Below, one piece after another: positions 21,201-30,614 of a DNA stretch of 64,000 nt (position 1 is its first letter; every line of letters starts with the position of its first letter). The notes beneath the pieces were generated by a model. The model made no database searches and was not told where the DNA came from. It saw nothing but the letters and a program-made list of their open reading frames with translations. Origin of the DNA: a virus; the IMG/VR virus record IMGVR_UViG_3300030090_003378, positions 1 through 64,000 of that record; one strand, 5' to 3'. The translations under genes were made by a program, and so were the position numbers.

Positions 21201-21424
21201 GACCTACTTACATTCAATGGTCGGCCCATCTTAGGAATAACAACGGGTCTTTTACTTTCCATAAAATCTTTTGACCATTCCTGCCCTATCTTTGCATCAA
21301 TGCGAGCGTATGTTTCTTGTGGTAAAAACTCTCCTTTAAGTAACTCATCACTATCCGCTATTTGATAGTAAATAGAACCTGCTAACTTTAGCAGGTAGCC
21401 CTTTATTAGAGTTTCTGATTTCAT
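18236..21424 (-). CDS. Large charged protein (1062 aa), possible internal virion protein
   Basis: K/E/R-rich ORF between portal and protease. Confidence 0.55.
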   Translation of the reverse strand: MKSETLIKGYLLKLAGSIYYQIADSDELLKGEFLPQETYARIDAKIGQEWSKDFMESKRPVVIPKMGRPLNVSRSREDWEKIWRNTGLDEEHGPIKFQGDQKLPKFYTKVPKFQGSKESRKEQKERWERSLQRTKEVDYDLPVMWQLNLIPESALMGRTQVLTDSNLYETGAKLMGAKYGRMYEEKMKEVMEKYKTEEGKWDTSEHLDEIREARSKIIDEVTDEYYKEFPKADLSGDSFQKRIYEAIRERLPELPVWGKNQELIRDVLRDYRNDMQEEYGYGQEKRIKEKLKEESEAALEARRQAAEKLKPVGPTSPMTGAGSKAGLRGWQSQLASREEVVSQGKKLKIPREEIQEQIKQIEEFKLHGLLQEALLEEDKNERLKLLQEARTKDFKQEHLDTLDYFIEIIREETEAEAEVIKPLSAGKAGQIEMSSEGKRLAEQSEARTQRRNPVIRIGRKGGDKNNIPLDSIGEDLTVVVPLITATKSTIPYTLNNEDGWYTYGSGILEYWLNKVGFKKEASDFEALTDKRKSNVLAKIYALKPPNYPIPTRNLMRMWNAFNTQVKNANAEGFPSFLESFVETMNRKLSGEDVGRDDLNTVQELLEFIQDTLPELVTMVKSGLTVDRKRGRVTSNFVREYKNLIRPYDDKNYIIRLMIALAIDGKSIADKFVGIKGVKELRAIENKAADLLQQKIATGVPGKDFSLYHYILSTHIEVFEADQKKPKGKREFSGMLHPLTMSLEEVEEKEGEIEVEWPPKSGQFVKPSKKPKPDIPSWKKEIDSKRFKTEAEFKREAEERAKTHDPETGLPLAQLEEMRGKRGEKPKVKLESEEVRNPFKLPPEEEDAEAEEAWARRKDMTNEEYAEAAKKYNWRRGKKDLEDIKRRRPKRGSAEEFMRQDLFNRYKEAQKKIKEHKDGTAKLSDEPRRNSKGEEIESELQMWTKRKKKLGDQLYKSDITKADDGKVLESVDKKKKKQIKMLLSQADPTEYFGQDFLKLGELIDTLKKLGLMKGDAKLKKKIIRYEDENIKVVKLASRLRKEYEQLYRDLREMVYPKSGGGTR

Positions 21425-21432
21425 TTAATCAC

Positions 21433-21648
21433 CTAAACTTGTTTAAATTTATTTGAACGTTTTGGACCCCCTGTAATAACACCGGGAACATTAGGTTCAT
21501 TAACACCCTTATTGTCCGGCGCTTCAGGGATAGGTGGACACATATTTTTTGTGACCCTTTCCTGTGGCTTTGGTTTATTCAAATCACTATGTAGTTTCTC
21601 AATTTTTGCTTTTGCGTCTGCTAATTTTCTATTAATTATATCTGTCAT
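21433..21648 (-). CDS. Hypothetical protein
   Basis: ORF with a GGTGA RBS. Confidence 0.5.
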   Translation of the reverse strand: MTDIINRKLADAKAKIEKLHSDLNKPKPQERVTKNMCPPIPEAPDNKGVNEPNVPGVITGGPKRSNKFKQV

Positions 21649-21652
21649 AATA

Positions 21653-23296
21653 TCACCCTACTCTTCTTTCTGTTCTTTTATCAACATTCTGATTACCTGC
21701 ACCTCTTGGTAGTCCTGTGTTTCTTTTATCAGGCCCAACACTCATTGAAGGTTTATTTCTTGTTTTTGCTACTGGTGTGCCTCCACCTTTATTTCCACCC
21801 ATCATCATCTGCTCTTGCATTTGACCTAATTGACTTGCATCAATATCTGTTCCCGCATATGGGTCAGTTTCTAATGGCTTATCTCCACCATCTTCAGACT
21901 TCTTTCCTTCAATTTCTTTTTGTTCTTTCTTGAATATAAAGTTTCCTTCTTCATCCATATCTACTTCAAATCCTAAATTCTTAATTTGTGTAGCGAGGTT
22001 AATTTCAATTTCTCGGCGTCGTAAGTGTGCCACATCATCCTCTTCTTCTGAACGTAATAGTTTTAATGACCAATCTGTAATACCAAACTCTCTCATTAAG
22101 TATGGGAATAGATATTGATTGTAAACATTTTGTGACATTTCAACCGCTCGATTTGTAACAAGAATTTGCATACTTTCGTTATTCAATCCACCACTCGTTG
22201 ATGTATCTGCTTGGAATGCTTTTGATACACCATAGAAAGCCCCTATGCGGTCCCTTAAGTCATCCTTAACAGGTATGTAGTCCATCTCCTTTAGTGTGTT
22301 CATAAATTGAATCCACTCAACACTACCTCGATTGTTACCTTCTGTTTCAATTCCCATGATAGGAATGTAGTGTGGGTCTTTTTCTAACTTCTCCTTTACA
22401 CCCTTCCAATATCGAACTAATGATTCCATATTGTTTGTTTGAACTGCAAGAATACCTCTTGGTGTTCGTGCCTTAGTATATGAAGTATTAACATAGTTTT
22501 CCATAGCAATAAGGGTAGTAATATGATTCCATAATGTAATAATAGGTGGCCGACCATATAGCCGACTTGGATTATACTTGCTAAAGTGAATAACTTCCCC
22601 TTCAATAAAATATTGGTCCTCACCATGAACTCTATTAACGAAGGTAATAGGGTGAAGTTTGGAATTGCATTCAGGACACCTTTCATGTTTATCTTGAGTA
22701 ATAAAATCTCTATGTGTTACACAGGTGTAATTAGAATTATTTCTGTCACCTTCTTCATCTACTTCTAAATACATTGTTAGTGGGTCGCCTCTGTATAATT
22801 CCTTAATCTTATGCATCACAATATTTCCTAAATTATCTAAGTAATATTCTTTGACCAAAATTAAATAGGCGTCATCAGCAATATTTAAATCGGTTTCTAA
22901 TTCCTTTAATACATCAATAAATAATTGGTCAGACTTATTAACATAGCCTTCAAAGAACTTTTCAGCGTATTGCTTTTGTGCATAATCAGGTTTTACCAAA
23001 TTAGTAGAACCACAAGAAACACATTGGTCTGTATGTTCTGCCATTGTAACATTACAATCCGCACACTTACTATAAAATGCCTTTTCCCATTCATAGCCTC
23101 GTCGGAAAATTTCAGTCTTTAATTTACTAATACAAGTTCTCACAATAACAGATTGATTTGCTACTTCGTAAAGATACGGACCCACCATATGTTGTGGGTG
23201 TCGTCTTTCCTGAATACCTAAATTATACACCTCTTTATCTTTAGGTGTAGGCGTTCTACGTTTAACAAATTTTCCTATGTAATCTTTTAATCCCAT
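21653..23296 (-). CDS. Portal protein with Zn-ribbon insertions
   Basis: Portal segments (VIHFSKYNPSRLYGRPPI, PRGILAV, RDRIGAFYGV); located between terminase and head genes; Cys clusters inserted. Confidence 0.85.
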   Translation of the reverse strand: MGLKDYIGKFVKRRTPTPKDKEVYNLGIQERRHPQHMVGPYLYEVANQSVIVRTCISKLKTEIFRRGYEWEKAFYSKCADCNVTMAEHTDQCVSCGSTNLVKPDYAQKQYAEKFFEGYVNKSDQLFIDVLKELETDLNIADDAYLILVKEYYLDNLGNIVMHKIKELYRGDPLTMYLEVDEEGDRNNSNYTCVTHRDFITQDKHERCPECNSKLHPITFVNRVHGEDQYFIEGEVIHFSKYNPSRLYGRPPIITLWNHITTLIAMENYVNTSYTKARTPRGILAVQTNNMESLVRYWKGVKEKLEKDPHYIPIMGIETEGNNRGSVEWIQFMNTLKEMDYIPVKDDLRDRIGAFYGVSKAFQADTSTSGGLNNESMQILVTNRAVEMSQNVYNQYLFPYLMREFGITDWSLKLLRSEEEDDVAHLRRREIEINLATQIKNLGFEVDMDEEGNFIFKKEQKEIEGKKSEDGGDKPLETDPYAGTDIDASQLGQMQEQMMMGGNKGGGTPVAKTRNKPSMSVGPDKRNTGLPRGAGNQNVDKRTERRVG

Positions 23297-24852
23297 TATT
23301 CCACCCCGCTTTCTAATTCATCCATAAGACTCATTTTATTATTATCGTGATACTTTACTACAACTTCAGGGTCAATGCCATATTTAACAAACTCAGTTTT
23401 GTTTCTTGCATCTTTCCAATTCTCGTATTTAATTAACTTAAAGATTTCTTCTAATCTTGGTTTAGCCCAATCTTGTTTCTTAAAACCTTGCTTAATTCTA
23501 ATTGCTTCTAATACTAATTCTGCTTGGGCCTTTTTCATTCTGAAGTGAGGCAGACATTTTTCTAAAATTACCCCAATATCATTTTGACTGTAAAAGTTTA
23601 AACGATGTTGACTGCGATTATTCTCCCCTACCTTTTGGTCAAGATGAAGTCTGCCACATTTTAATTCCTTTTCAAGTTCTTGGAAAAAGCCTCTACCTCT
23701 ATCTCCCGTAGCAATCATTCCTACTCTTGGTGAAGTTTTTGAATCCATTGTAATGTAACCATCTGAATCAATAAATCCTGCAACATATGAATATAGGTCT
23801 TTTTTGATTTCCTTTGGCAGTAGATAATAACCATCATCCACCTTAGTAGTATTAATTTTCTTTACCATTTTTGAAATAGATTGCGGACTTGTAATTTTAT
23901 GGAATGATAGGGGAAGTTTATTGTGAATTTGATTTGATGTAATTCCCGGATGACCACAAATAATATCTGTAACCGTATCTTGTATTATTTGCTTTTTTGA
24001 TTTCCTAATTGATTGGTGTGAAATTTCCTTAAGTTTAGAATTGAATAGTTTGCGGCTATCTTTAATTGATTTAGTTAAGTCTGCAAAATCATGCCCAAAA
24101 TCTAAATCTTTTTTATCCAAAGAATCTTCCCACATTTTACACAATAATTCTACAAACTCTCCGCGAGTTTTACCATCCTTAATATAGTATAATTTAGCCA
24201 ACTTTTCTTCTTTCAAAGCCAACGTTTTCATAATAGATTGATATGGTCTTAACCAGTAAATTGAATCCATTGTTTTCTGAATGTATTCTTCATAGGCAGT
24301 AATTAAATGGTCTGAAGCCTTAGTAACTTTATCCCTATGTTCTCCTTTTAATTCACGTCGAATCATTTTTAATTCTTTGATTAAATCAGGAATACACTTT
24401 CCTCCCACAATTGGTGCTGATGGATATTCGGGAATATAACTCATCGCTTCAGTTAGATTAGTTCCTTTCATACGTGAGATAGTTTTGACAATATCTGCTT
24501 CATTCCCATACTGATTAGACAGCCATTTGTCAAATGATTTAGTTTCGTCTTTAGCACTACCTTCCATACCTGTTGGTGCATCTAAATCCGCAGTAGCGAA
24601 ACCTTCTATTGAAGTCTCCAATACATCTTGTAAAGTTGGTGAACCTTTTTTACCATCAGTTCCTGTTTGTCGCAAATAATTTTCAGCCCCTGTTTGAACG
24701 GATGGAGGAACATCTAATTTGTTTAAATTTTCTGAAAGGCGTTCCTTAATCGGTGCTTCTTCTTCTTTAATCCGTTCTAATTCTTGAAGGTCACGTTTAG
24801 CATCTTCAATGTTTATTTCCTCAGCCTTCTTAATTAATACCATATATTCCAC
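23296..24852 (-). CDS. LAGLIDADG endonuclease-domain protein with N-terminal extension and wHTH
   Basis: YSYVAGFIDSDGYI motif, plus LPHFRMKKAQAEL, typical of LAGLIDADG C-termini. Confidence 0.8.
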   Translation of the reverse strand: MEYMVLIKKAEEINIEDAKRDLQELERIKEEEAPIKERLSENLNKLDVPPSVQTGAENYLRQTGTDGKKGSPTLQDVLETSIEGFATADLDAPTGMEGSAKDETKSFDKWLSNQYGNEADIVKTISRMKGTNLTEAMSYIPEYPSAPIVGGKCIPDLIKELKMIRRELKGEHRDKVTKASDHLITAYEEYIQKTMDSIYWLRPYQSIMKTLALKEEKLAKLYYIKDGKTRGEFVELLCKMWEDSLDKKDLDFGHDFADLTKSIKDSRKLFNSKLKEISHQSIRKSKKQIIQDTVTDIICGHPGITSNQIHNKLPLSFHKITSPQSISKMVKKINTTKVDDGYYLLPKEIKKDLYSYVAGFIDSDGYITMDSKTSPRVGMIATGDRGRGFFQELEKELKCGRLHLDQKVGENNRSQHRLNFYSQNDIGVILEKCLPHFRMKKAQAELVLEAIRIKQGFKKQDWAKPRLEEIFKLIKYENWKDARNKTEFVKYGIDPEVVVKYHDNNKMSLMDELESGVE

Positions 24853-26266
24853 CTCCTAAGAAATTTTGCATTGGGTCGGGTTCTTGATTCAGGAATCCCT
24901 CATCATCTATGTCTATGAATGCGTCATTAAAAGTCTTTGTGGCGTAATTTGCTAATGCAAGAGCAATCACTATGTCGTCGTGAGCGCCCACTCCCTCTAT
25001 CTTACCATTCACGTTGATACCGAATGCACTCATCTCCTGTATAATACTTTTGGTCACATTCTTAGATTCTGCGTTACGCATAGGGAAAATAATTTTGTGA
25101 TTTTCTACATTCATCTGCAAATTGACAATGATTTCTTCTTTCTTTTTTCTACTCATAGTAAACTCTCTCACGGGGAAGTCTGAAATACTTTTTAATTCCA
25201 TAGCAAAAGCCTTTGCAAATGTATTAGTTTCAATCATCACAATTTCAGGTTGGAACCTACGGCATAAGTCCATGATATGTTGAATGTGTTCTCTAAAGTC
25301 TAAACCTTTGGCTCTAAACATATGAACAACCTGTTTATTCATATCTTCATCTACTTCAAGAACTAACATCACTGTGTAGTCACCATCGGCTGATATAGCA
25401 GGGTCATACCCAATGTAATATCTGTAACCATCTCTTTTACTACTACGCAACATAGCGTGTTTATCTTGACAGGCTTTAATGTGTTCAGGGTCAAATAGCA
25501 TTGTATCGGTGCTTATGGGTATACAAAGATATTCGCGGGTAAATTTCATGGAACCAATTTCACGCTTACGTTGTTCTAATTTTTCAGCGTTCCATCTTTC
25601 AGGCCATAATGCATCACCCGCTTGATTGATTGCTGGATAACGTAGAACATGATACTCAGGGTTTTCATCTAACTCAGCAAATATGTCAGTATAGGTAAAC
25701 GGTGTGCCAACCATTCTAAGTTTTGCTGTGTGGTGTAGGGTAGGCATCATATCGCCCCAAAACCAATCACTTACTCGCTTAATAGCATTCATGCTAAACT
25801 CTTTCAAAGGGTCGTCAATGATAATTTCATTTGGGTGCAAACCTCGAATCTGTGAACCGACTGAGCGTTCTTTGATATTGTTGCCATTTGTTAATGTCAT
25901 GTTACCAACGGCCCAACCTTCTCTCGGTTTGAATTGTTTTAAACAGGGTGTGTTAATAAATATTCTTTCAATATCTTTCATATGAACCATTGTCTGTTTA
26001 TGGTTAGAAGAAATGTATACAATCTCATAACCTGAAGGTTGAAATACTAACTGAAATACACACCATGCGTGAAAGAAAACAGATTTTCCGTGGTCACGAG
26101 AACAGATAATAACTGTGCTGTTTGTATTGCGAACTTCTTCTAACCATTCAGCGTGAAATTCTGTTAACTGATAGCCTAAAACTTTAGTGAAGAAATACTC
26201 AAAGTTTCCATCGGACATTTTCAAGTCCATCTCTTGTAACAGGTTATCCATTATACTCTCTCCCAT
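24830..26266 (-). CDS. Terminase large subunit
   Basis: Walker A variant SRDHGKS, Walker B IIIDD, VGTP, nuclease IGYDPA...DYT and HDDIVIALALA. Confidence 0.92.
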   Translation of the reverse strand: MGESIMDNLLQEMDLKMSDGNFEYFFTKVLGYQLTEFHAEWLEEVRNTNSTVIICSRDHGKSVFFHAWCVFQLVFQPSGYEIVYISSNHKQTMVHMKDIERIFINTPCLKQFKPREGWAVGNMTLTNGNNIKERSVGSQIRGLHPNEIIIDDPLKEFSMNAIKRVSDWFWGDMMPTLHHTAKLRMVGTPFTYTDIFAELDENPEYHVLRYPAINQAGDALWPERWNAEKLEQRKREIGSMKFTREYLCIPISTDTMLFDPEHIKACQDKHAMLRSSKRDGYRYYIGYDPAISADGDYTVMLVLEVDEDMNKQVVHMFRAKGLDFREHIQHIMDLCRRFQPEIVMIETNTFAKAFAMELKSISDFPVREFTMSRKKKEEIIVNLQMNVENHKIIFPMRNAESKNVTKSIIQEMSAFGINVNGKIEGVGAHDDIVIALALANYATKTFNDAFIDIDDEGFLNQEPDPMQNFLGGGIYGIN

Positions 26267-26925
26267 TCTCCGTGAAATTTATGTGCTTCTTCTACCGGTT
26301 CCTTAGTATACCAATTTTTGTTATCGACAACATTCTGCAAATATCTTTTGTGACCTCGCTTTAATTTTCTATGAGCAATAACTTTAGCATTGGTAATTGC
26401 AGACTTATTCCAAATACAACCACTATCTACATCTAAGGATGAAAGGTAATATGGTTCATCCAAATGATGAGTTCTTGCTTTCCAATGGTCATAAAACTCT
26501 ATTCCATCATAGTCATTAGCAACGGCAATCCAATTAATATACGGGCGGTGGTATGTAGGAAAGCGACTTTTATCAGAATCTCTATCATACATTACTAGAT
26601 ACTTTTCATGGAAATTAACATAATCTTCTTTTGTTCTTAATTGTAAAACATTACCTGTAATATCGAAGGTATAGATGTAATCATAATTAAAGTCCCAATC
26701 AGGTTGATTACCTTTTAACCACTGTGACCAATTATATTCATCTCCTGCAAAAGAATACCAAACGCCCGAAGGTTTCATTGATTGGTCACGTTGCTCAACA
26801 TTATTTGCTAATTCTACATCAGGGTGAGTTCCTAACCTAACCCTTTTATCTTTAGGTAAATCTGTTAAATCTACATTCCATGTAGGCATTTTTAGAACAT
26901 CCCACCACATATTATTTACCTCCAA
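26251..26925 (-). CDS. WxxILK-leader protein, possible ADP-ribosyltransferase-like fold
   Basis: MWWDVLK leader; KPSGVWYS...INWIAVANDYDGIEF...DVDSGCIWN pattern. Confidence 0.45.
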   Translation of the reverse strand: MEVNNMWWDVLKMPTWNVDLTDLPKDKRVRLGTHPDVELANNVEQRDQSMKPSGVWYSFAGDEYNWSQWLKGNQPDWDFNYDYIYTFDITGNVLQLRTKEDYVNFHEKYLVMYDRDSDKSRFPTYHRPYINWIAVANDYDGIEFYDHWKARTHHLDEPYYLSSLDVDSGCIWNKSAITNAKVIAHRKLKRGHKRYLQNVVDNKNWYTKEPVEEAHKFHGEWERV

Positions 26926-27781
26926 ATAGCCGTTTAATAAAATTTCTATATTCTTCAGTATTTATCTCAGGGTGGGTTCCATATCTTGCTAGAGCCTGTT
27001 TTAAATTTTGGGGAAAGTTTTTCTTCACAAACCTATTTTTACCTTTGGCCCAAGACACTTCCATTCTTAACAGTTTTTCTCTATCCCCTTTAGTTTTAGC
27101 CCATTTTTCTACATATGATATTCTACTTCTAATTAATGCTAATCTTTCTGTATCTTTGTATGTCGTAACAGGAAAAATACTACTACCCTTCCCCTGATAT
27201 TGCCTCCATGTTTCGTTATCAACTTCTATGTTTAAATTGACATGGGTAAGCATATCTTTATACGCATCATAAATTGATTCAGGGTATTCTGAAATAAATG
27301 CCGCATATTCAAGGTGGTGCATATCAAACTCACCGGGATTTTCTCCGAAAAACTTTTTGTCTTCTGCTACATGATGTGCTGAATGTCCTGCTTCGTGCAT
27401 TACTACTCTCTTAAATGCTTTAGCCGTTAATTCTTCTAATAACGGGGTGGGCAAATATTTTTCATTTCCTTTTGCATCATATTCGCGTTTGATTTGTCCA
27501 TTTTCATCCTGTTCAAAAAACAAATATTTACCTTTTCTTTTAGAAAAAATGCCCATACCCTTTTCTTTTAATTTATTTCTGACCAACTGAAAAACTTTAT
27601 TAGGATTTATCTTAATCGTGCCTTGTTTAAGTTCCAATACTACATTATCATCTTCATCTCTTTTTAACTCATAAGACAAACCTAATTGGCGAGAAAATTG
27701 TGGTGGAATATACTGCCCAATTGGTCCCATACCAAAGTCCCAAACTACTTCAGTTGCTTTTAAAATATTTTGCCAACTCAT
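26912..27781 (-). CDS. WxxILK-leader protein with HExxH zinc-metallopeptidase motif
   Basis: MSWQNILKA; VVMHEAGHSAH followed by a downstream E. Confidence 0.55.
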   Translation of the reverse strand: MSWQNILKATEVVWDFGMGPIGQYIPPQFSRQLGLSYELKRDEDDNVVLELKQGTIKINPNKVFQLVRNKLKEKGMGIFSKRKGKYLFFEQDENGQIKREYDAKGNEKYLPTPLLEELTAKAFKRVVMHEAGHSAHHVAEDKKFFGENPGEFDMHHLEYAAFISEYPESIYDAYKDMLTHVNLNIEVDNETWRQYQGKGSSIFPVTTYKDTERLALIRSRISYVEKWAKTKGDREKLLRMEVSWAKGKNRFVKKNFPQNLKQALARYGTHPEINTEEYRNFIKRLFGGK

Positions 27782-28023
27782 TATCCCACTTCAATTTTAA
27801 CTCTATGATACCCTTCTCTTTCACCAACACTTAGTATTTTGAATGCTCTCCTTTGGTCCAATAATAATCCCTTAATATCTTTAATATAATTTCTTGCATT
27901 ATCGTCATTCATAAAATCAACAATTATAACATTATTTTTAAATGTGCCTAACCCGCCATATTTTTTTGCTAATTCAGCGTAGTCTTTAGGTAGTGCTAAT
28001 TTTAGAATACTTTCCCAAGTCAT
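27781..28023 (-). CDS. Small WxxILK-leader protein
   Basis: MTWESILK. Confidence 0.55.
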   Translation of the reverse strand: MTWESILKLALPKDYAELAKKYGGLGTFKNNVIIVDFMNDDNARNYIKDIKGLLLDQRRAFKILSVGEREGYHRVKIEVG

Positions 28024-30614
28024 CTAAACATCCCCTTGACTTTGTAAATAATATCTTCATGTAGCCCCATATCAGTAGCCACTGTATTAAACGCACCTTC
28101 ATGTTTTACAATCTTTTCAATATCTGTTGCATACAAGTCAATTTTGTTTTCTTTCTGTATCAAATCAATTATGAAAGAGATGTTATCTACATCATGTATA
28201 TCCATAGTTCCTTTATACACTTTGTTACCCTGCATCTTTAGCAATAAATCTTTTGCTGCTAACATGGCCCTCGTGATACTTGTTATTTTTAGGGTATTAT
28301 TTCTTGTAATAGTTCCCTTTAACCTTTTATATTGTGAAGTTAAGTTTTCATCGTCTATTCTTTCGATGAATTTTTGGAAGCCTCTTGAAACTAATAGACC
28401 GATAATTCGTTCTAATTCTATATTGCTATCTTCCTGCTTATCCTTCCAATAGGTTAATTTCCTACCCATAAATTTTTCTTTTTGTAGTTCTTCTTGTGTA
28501 AATGTATTTAGTCCAATATCATATAACAAGGAACCTACTACTGCCTTAACATTCCTTCTCATTTCCATATATTTTTCCGGCTTACGCCCAACGCCTTGGA
28601 ATAGATTAATGTAACCGTTACAAAATCTTGCCCAATCTTTTTTCGTATCTGTATCTAAAGTTTGCATCGACCCTTCGTTAATTCCCGCAATTGCTATTGA
28701 CATATTTTCTAAATCTTCACCTTTAATGGGAGGGTCGCCACGCATCGGGTCTAAAATACTCTTTAGTGATAAGTAAACAGCATCTTCCTCAAGAGCAAGT
28801 CTTAAATCTTCAAATACTTTGTCTGTGTAAAAATCAGGTGGGTCTTCATTAAAAACATATCTGCTTTCAAAAGGTTCAATGTAATACTTTCTCATCATAT
28901 CCCATGTTTCTTCCAAATCTTGCATAATTTCTTCATCTACTTCAGGTAATCGTGGGTCTGAACCTCCCACTTGACCACCAATATCCGCACGTTCACTAAA
29001 TCCTGAACCAACGCCCTTAACCTTCTTTTTCTTAGCCATTCCTGATACAGCATAAATTGAAGGAACTAATTTTAAAGTTTTGGCTAACACTTTAACAAAT
29101 TTCTTTACATTTGTATTAACAAACTTAACTGCTTCTGAATATTTCATGGGCTCAGTTTCATTAGATGTTCCTGTCCAATCAATATATTCTACAACAAAGC
29201 CACCTTTAACATTTAATGATTCAATGATATTCATGTTGGTAGATTCGTCCATGATAGGTAAATAAAACGAATTGCCTTCTTCATTAATAATTTGTTGTGC
29301 CTGTTTGTAATTATTTAAGAATTTATCAATATGTTGCTCATAAACAGACCAAAGAGTTTCAATTAAGTCCGGCCTTCCTTGAGCCATGTGTAATTTAATT
29401 GATTCCTTTGCTTGTGCAAGGACTTCATCAGTGTATAGGTAGTCTAATTTACTATTATCAGATTTTACAACCATAGCAAATAATGGGTCAACATGAATTT
29501 CGTCATATCTTTTCAATGTTTCTTGAATTTCTGCTTGCTCTTGGGTGTATTCACCTGCGGCGGGAATAGAAGTTCTTTCTTGTTGCGTTTGTTGTTTATC
29601 TTCAGCAAGTTGTGGGTGGACTACTTTATCATCGTCTGCTTTTGCTCTTTCAGCAACCCTAATACTTGAAGGAAGAGGCGCACCGATTGTTTTTAGGTAT
29701 TTTCTGACTAATTCAGTAACAAGAGAATCATCTTTTAATTGTTTCATAGAGATACTTCTAAACTCTATCAGATAATTAGGAATAACTATATCCTTAATAT
29801 CCTTTCTAAACTGCTGAACAGTGGTTAGTATTTCCGCATCTTCTAATTTTTCCTTATCTTTTTCTGCCATCATATCTGAAGCCATAAGTTCGTCTAATAG
29901 ACTTTGAGAAATTTTGACGCTTTCTATATCTTTTGCTACACCTTCTAAACCAAAAACAGTTCTTGCGAATGTTTTGTATAGCGCGTTTTTTTGTTCCCAA
30001 TAATCATAAAATGCTTTTCTTTCACTTGATGATACCATATCAAAATTTGATAACGCTTTAGCAGTTTGAGTAATAAAATTTGTGTCCCACACTTCAATAG
30101 ATTCATCGTTATCATCATCTAACAATGCTATCATAGAATGAAATAAGTCAAAATCTTTTTGCTCGAAAGGTTTTTCAAAAGCATATTTACCTGTTTCTTC
30201 TTGTGGGTTTTTCAAAAAATGTTCTAATTGGGTAACTATTTCAGCCGCGCTTTCAATGGCTAATTGTGTAGGAACAACAATTTCGTGTCTGATACTTTCT
30301 CTAATATCATCTACACTTCTTCCTAAGTATTTAACTCTCATTAGTTCTCGCCCTTCACTAAAATGTCTAATGATACCTTTTTCGGCGTCATAGACTTCAG
30401 CACGAATTTTTTCATTATCTGCTCTATTTCTGAAATAGATAGACATTCCCTTTTCATCTACATTGTAGCCCTCGTCATTTAATTCAGTAATAACATCTTG
30501 GAAATCATCTTGAACTTCCTGTGTGTTTTTATTATTTTTAACAAAAGCGGTTGTAATGTCCTCAATTGCCATTTGAGTTGGCCTGTCTAAATCTTCAAAG
30601 TCCCATTCTTTCAT
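28020..30614 (-). CDS. Large hypothetical protein (864 aa)
   Basis: Long ORF translationally coupled to its neighbours; HTH-like C-terminus (FNTVATDMGLHEDIIYKVKGMFR). Confidence 0.6.
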   Translation of the reverse strand: MKEWDFEDLDRPTQMAIEDITTAFVKNNKNTQEVQDDFQDVITELNDEGYNVDEKGMSIYFRNRADNEKIRAEVYDAEKGIIRHFSEGRELMRVKYLGRSVDDIRESIRHEIVVPTQLAIESAAEIVTQLEHFLKNPQEETGKYAFEKPFEQKDFDLFHSMIALLDDDNDESIEVWDTNFITQTAKALSNFDMVSSSERKAFYDYWEQKNALYKTFARTVFGLEGVAKDIESVKISQSLLDELMASDMMAEKDKEKLEDAEILTTVQQFRKDIKDIVIPNYLIEFRSISMKQLKDDSLVTELVRKYLKTIGAPLPSSIRVAERAKADDDKVVHPQLAEDKQQTQQERTSIPAAGEYTQEQAEIQETLKRYDEIHVDPLFAMVVKSDNSKLDYLYTDEVLAQAKESIKLHMAQGRPDLIETLWSVYEQHIDKFLNNYKQAQQIINEEGNSFYLPIMDESTNMNIIESLNVKGGFVVEYIDWTGTSNETEPMKYSEAVKFVNTNVKKFVKVLAKTLKLVPSIYAVSGMAKKKKVKGVGSGFSERADIGGQVGGSDPRLPEVDEEIMQDLEETWDMMRKYYIEPFESRYVFNEDPPDFYTDKVFEDLRLALEEDAVYLSLKSILDPMRGDPPIKGEDLENMSIAIAGINEGSMQTLDTDTKKDWARFCNGYINLFQGVGRKPEKYMEMRRNVKAVVGSLLYDIGLNTFTQEELQKEKFMGRKLTYWKDKQEDSNIELERIIGLLVSRGFQKFIERIDDENLTSQYKRLKGTITRNNTLKITSITRAMLAAKDLLLKMQGNKVYKGTMDIHDVDNISFIIDLIQKENKIDLYATDIEKIVKHEGAFNTVATDMGLHEDIIYKVKGMFR

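Noticed and set aside
23296-24852. Intein or intron interrupting terminase or portal
   Set aside because: Both flanking genes look complete and no intein splice residues or intron core are evident.
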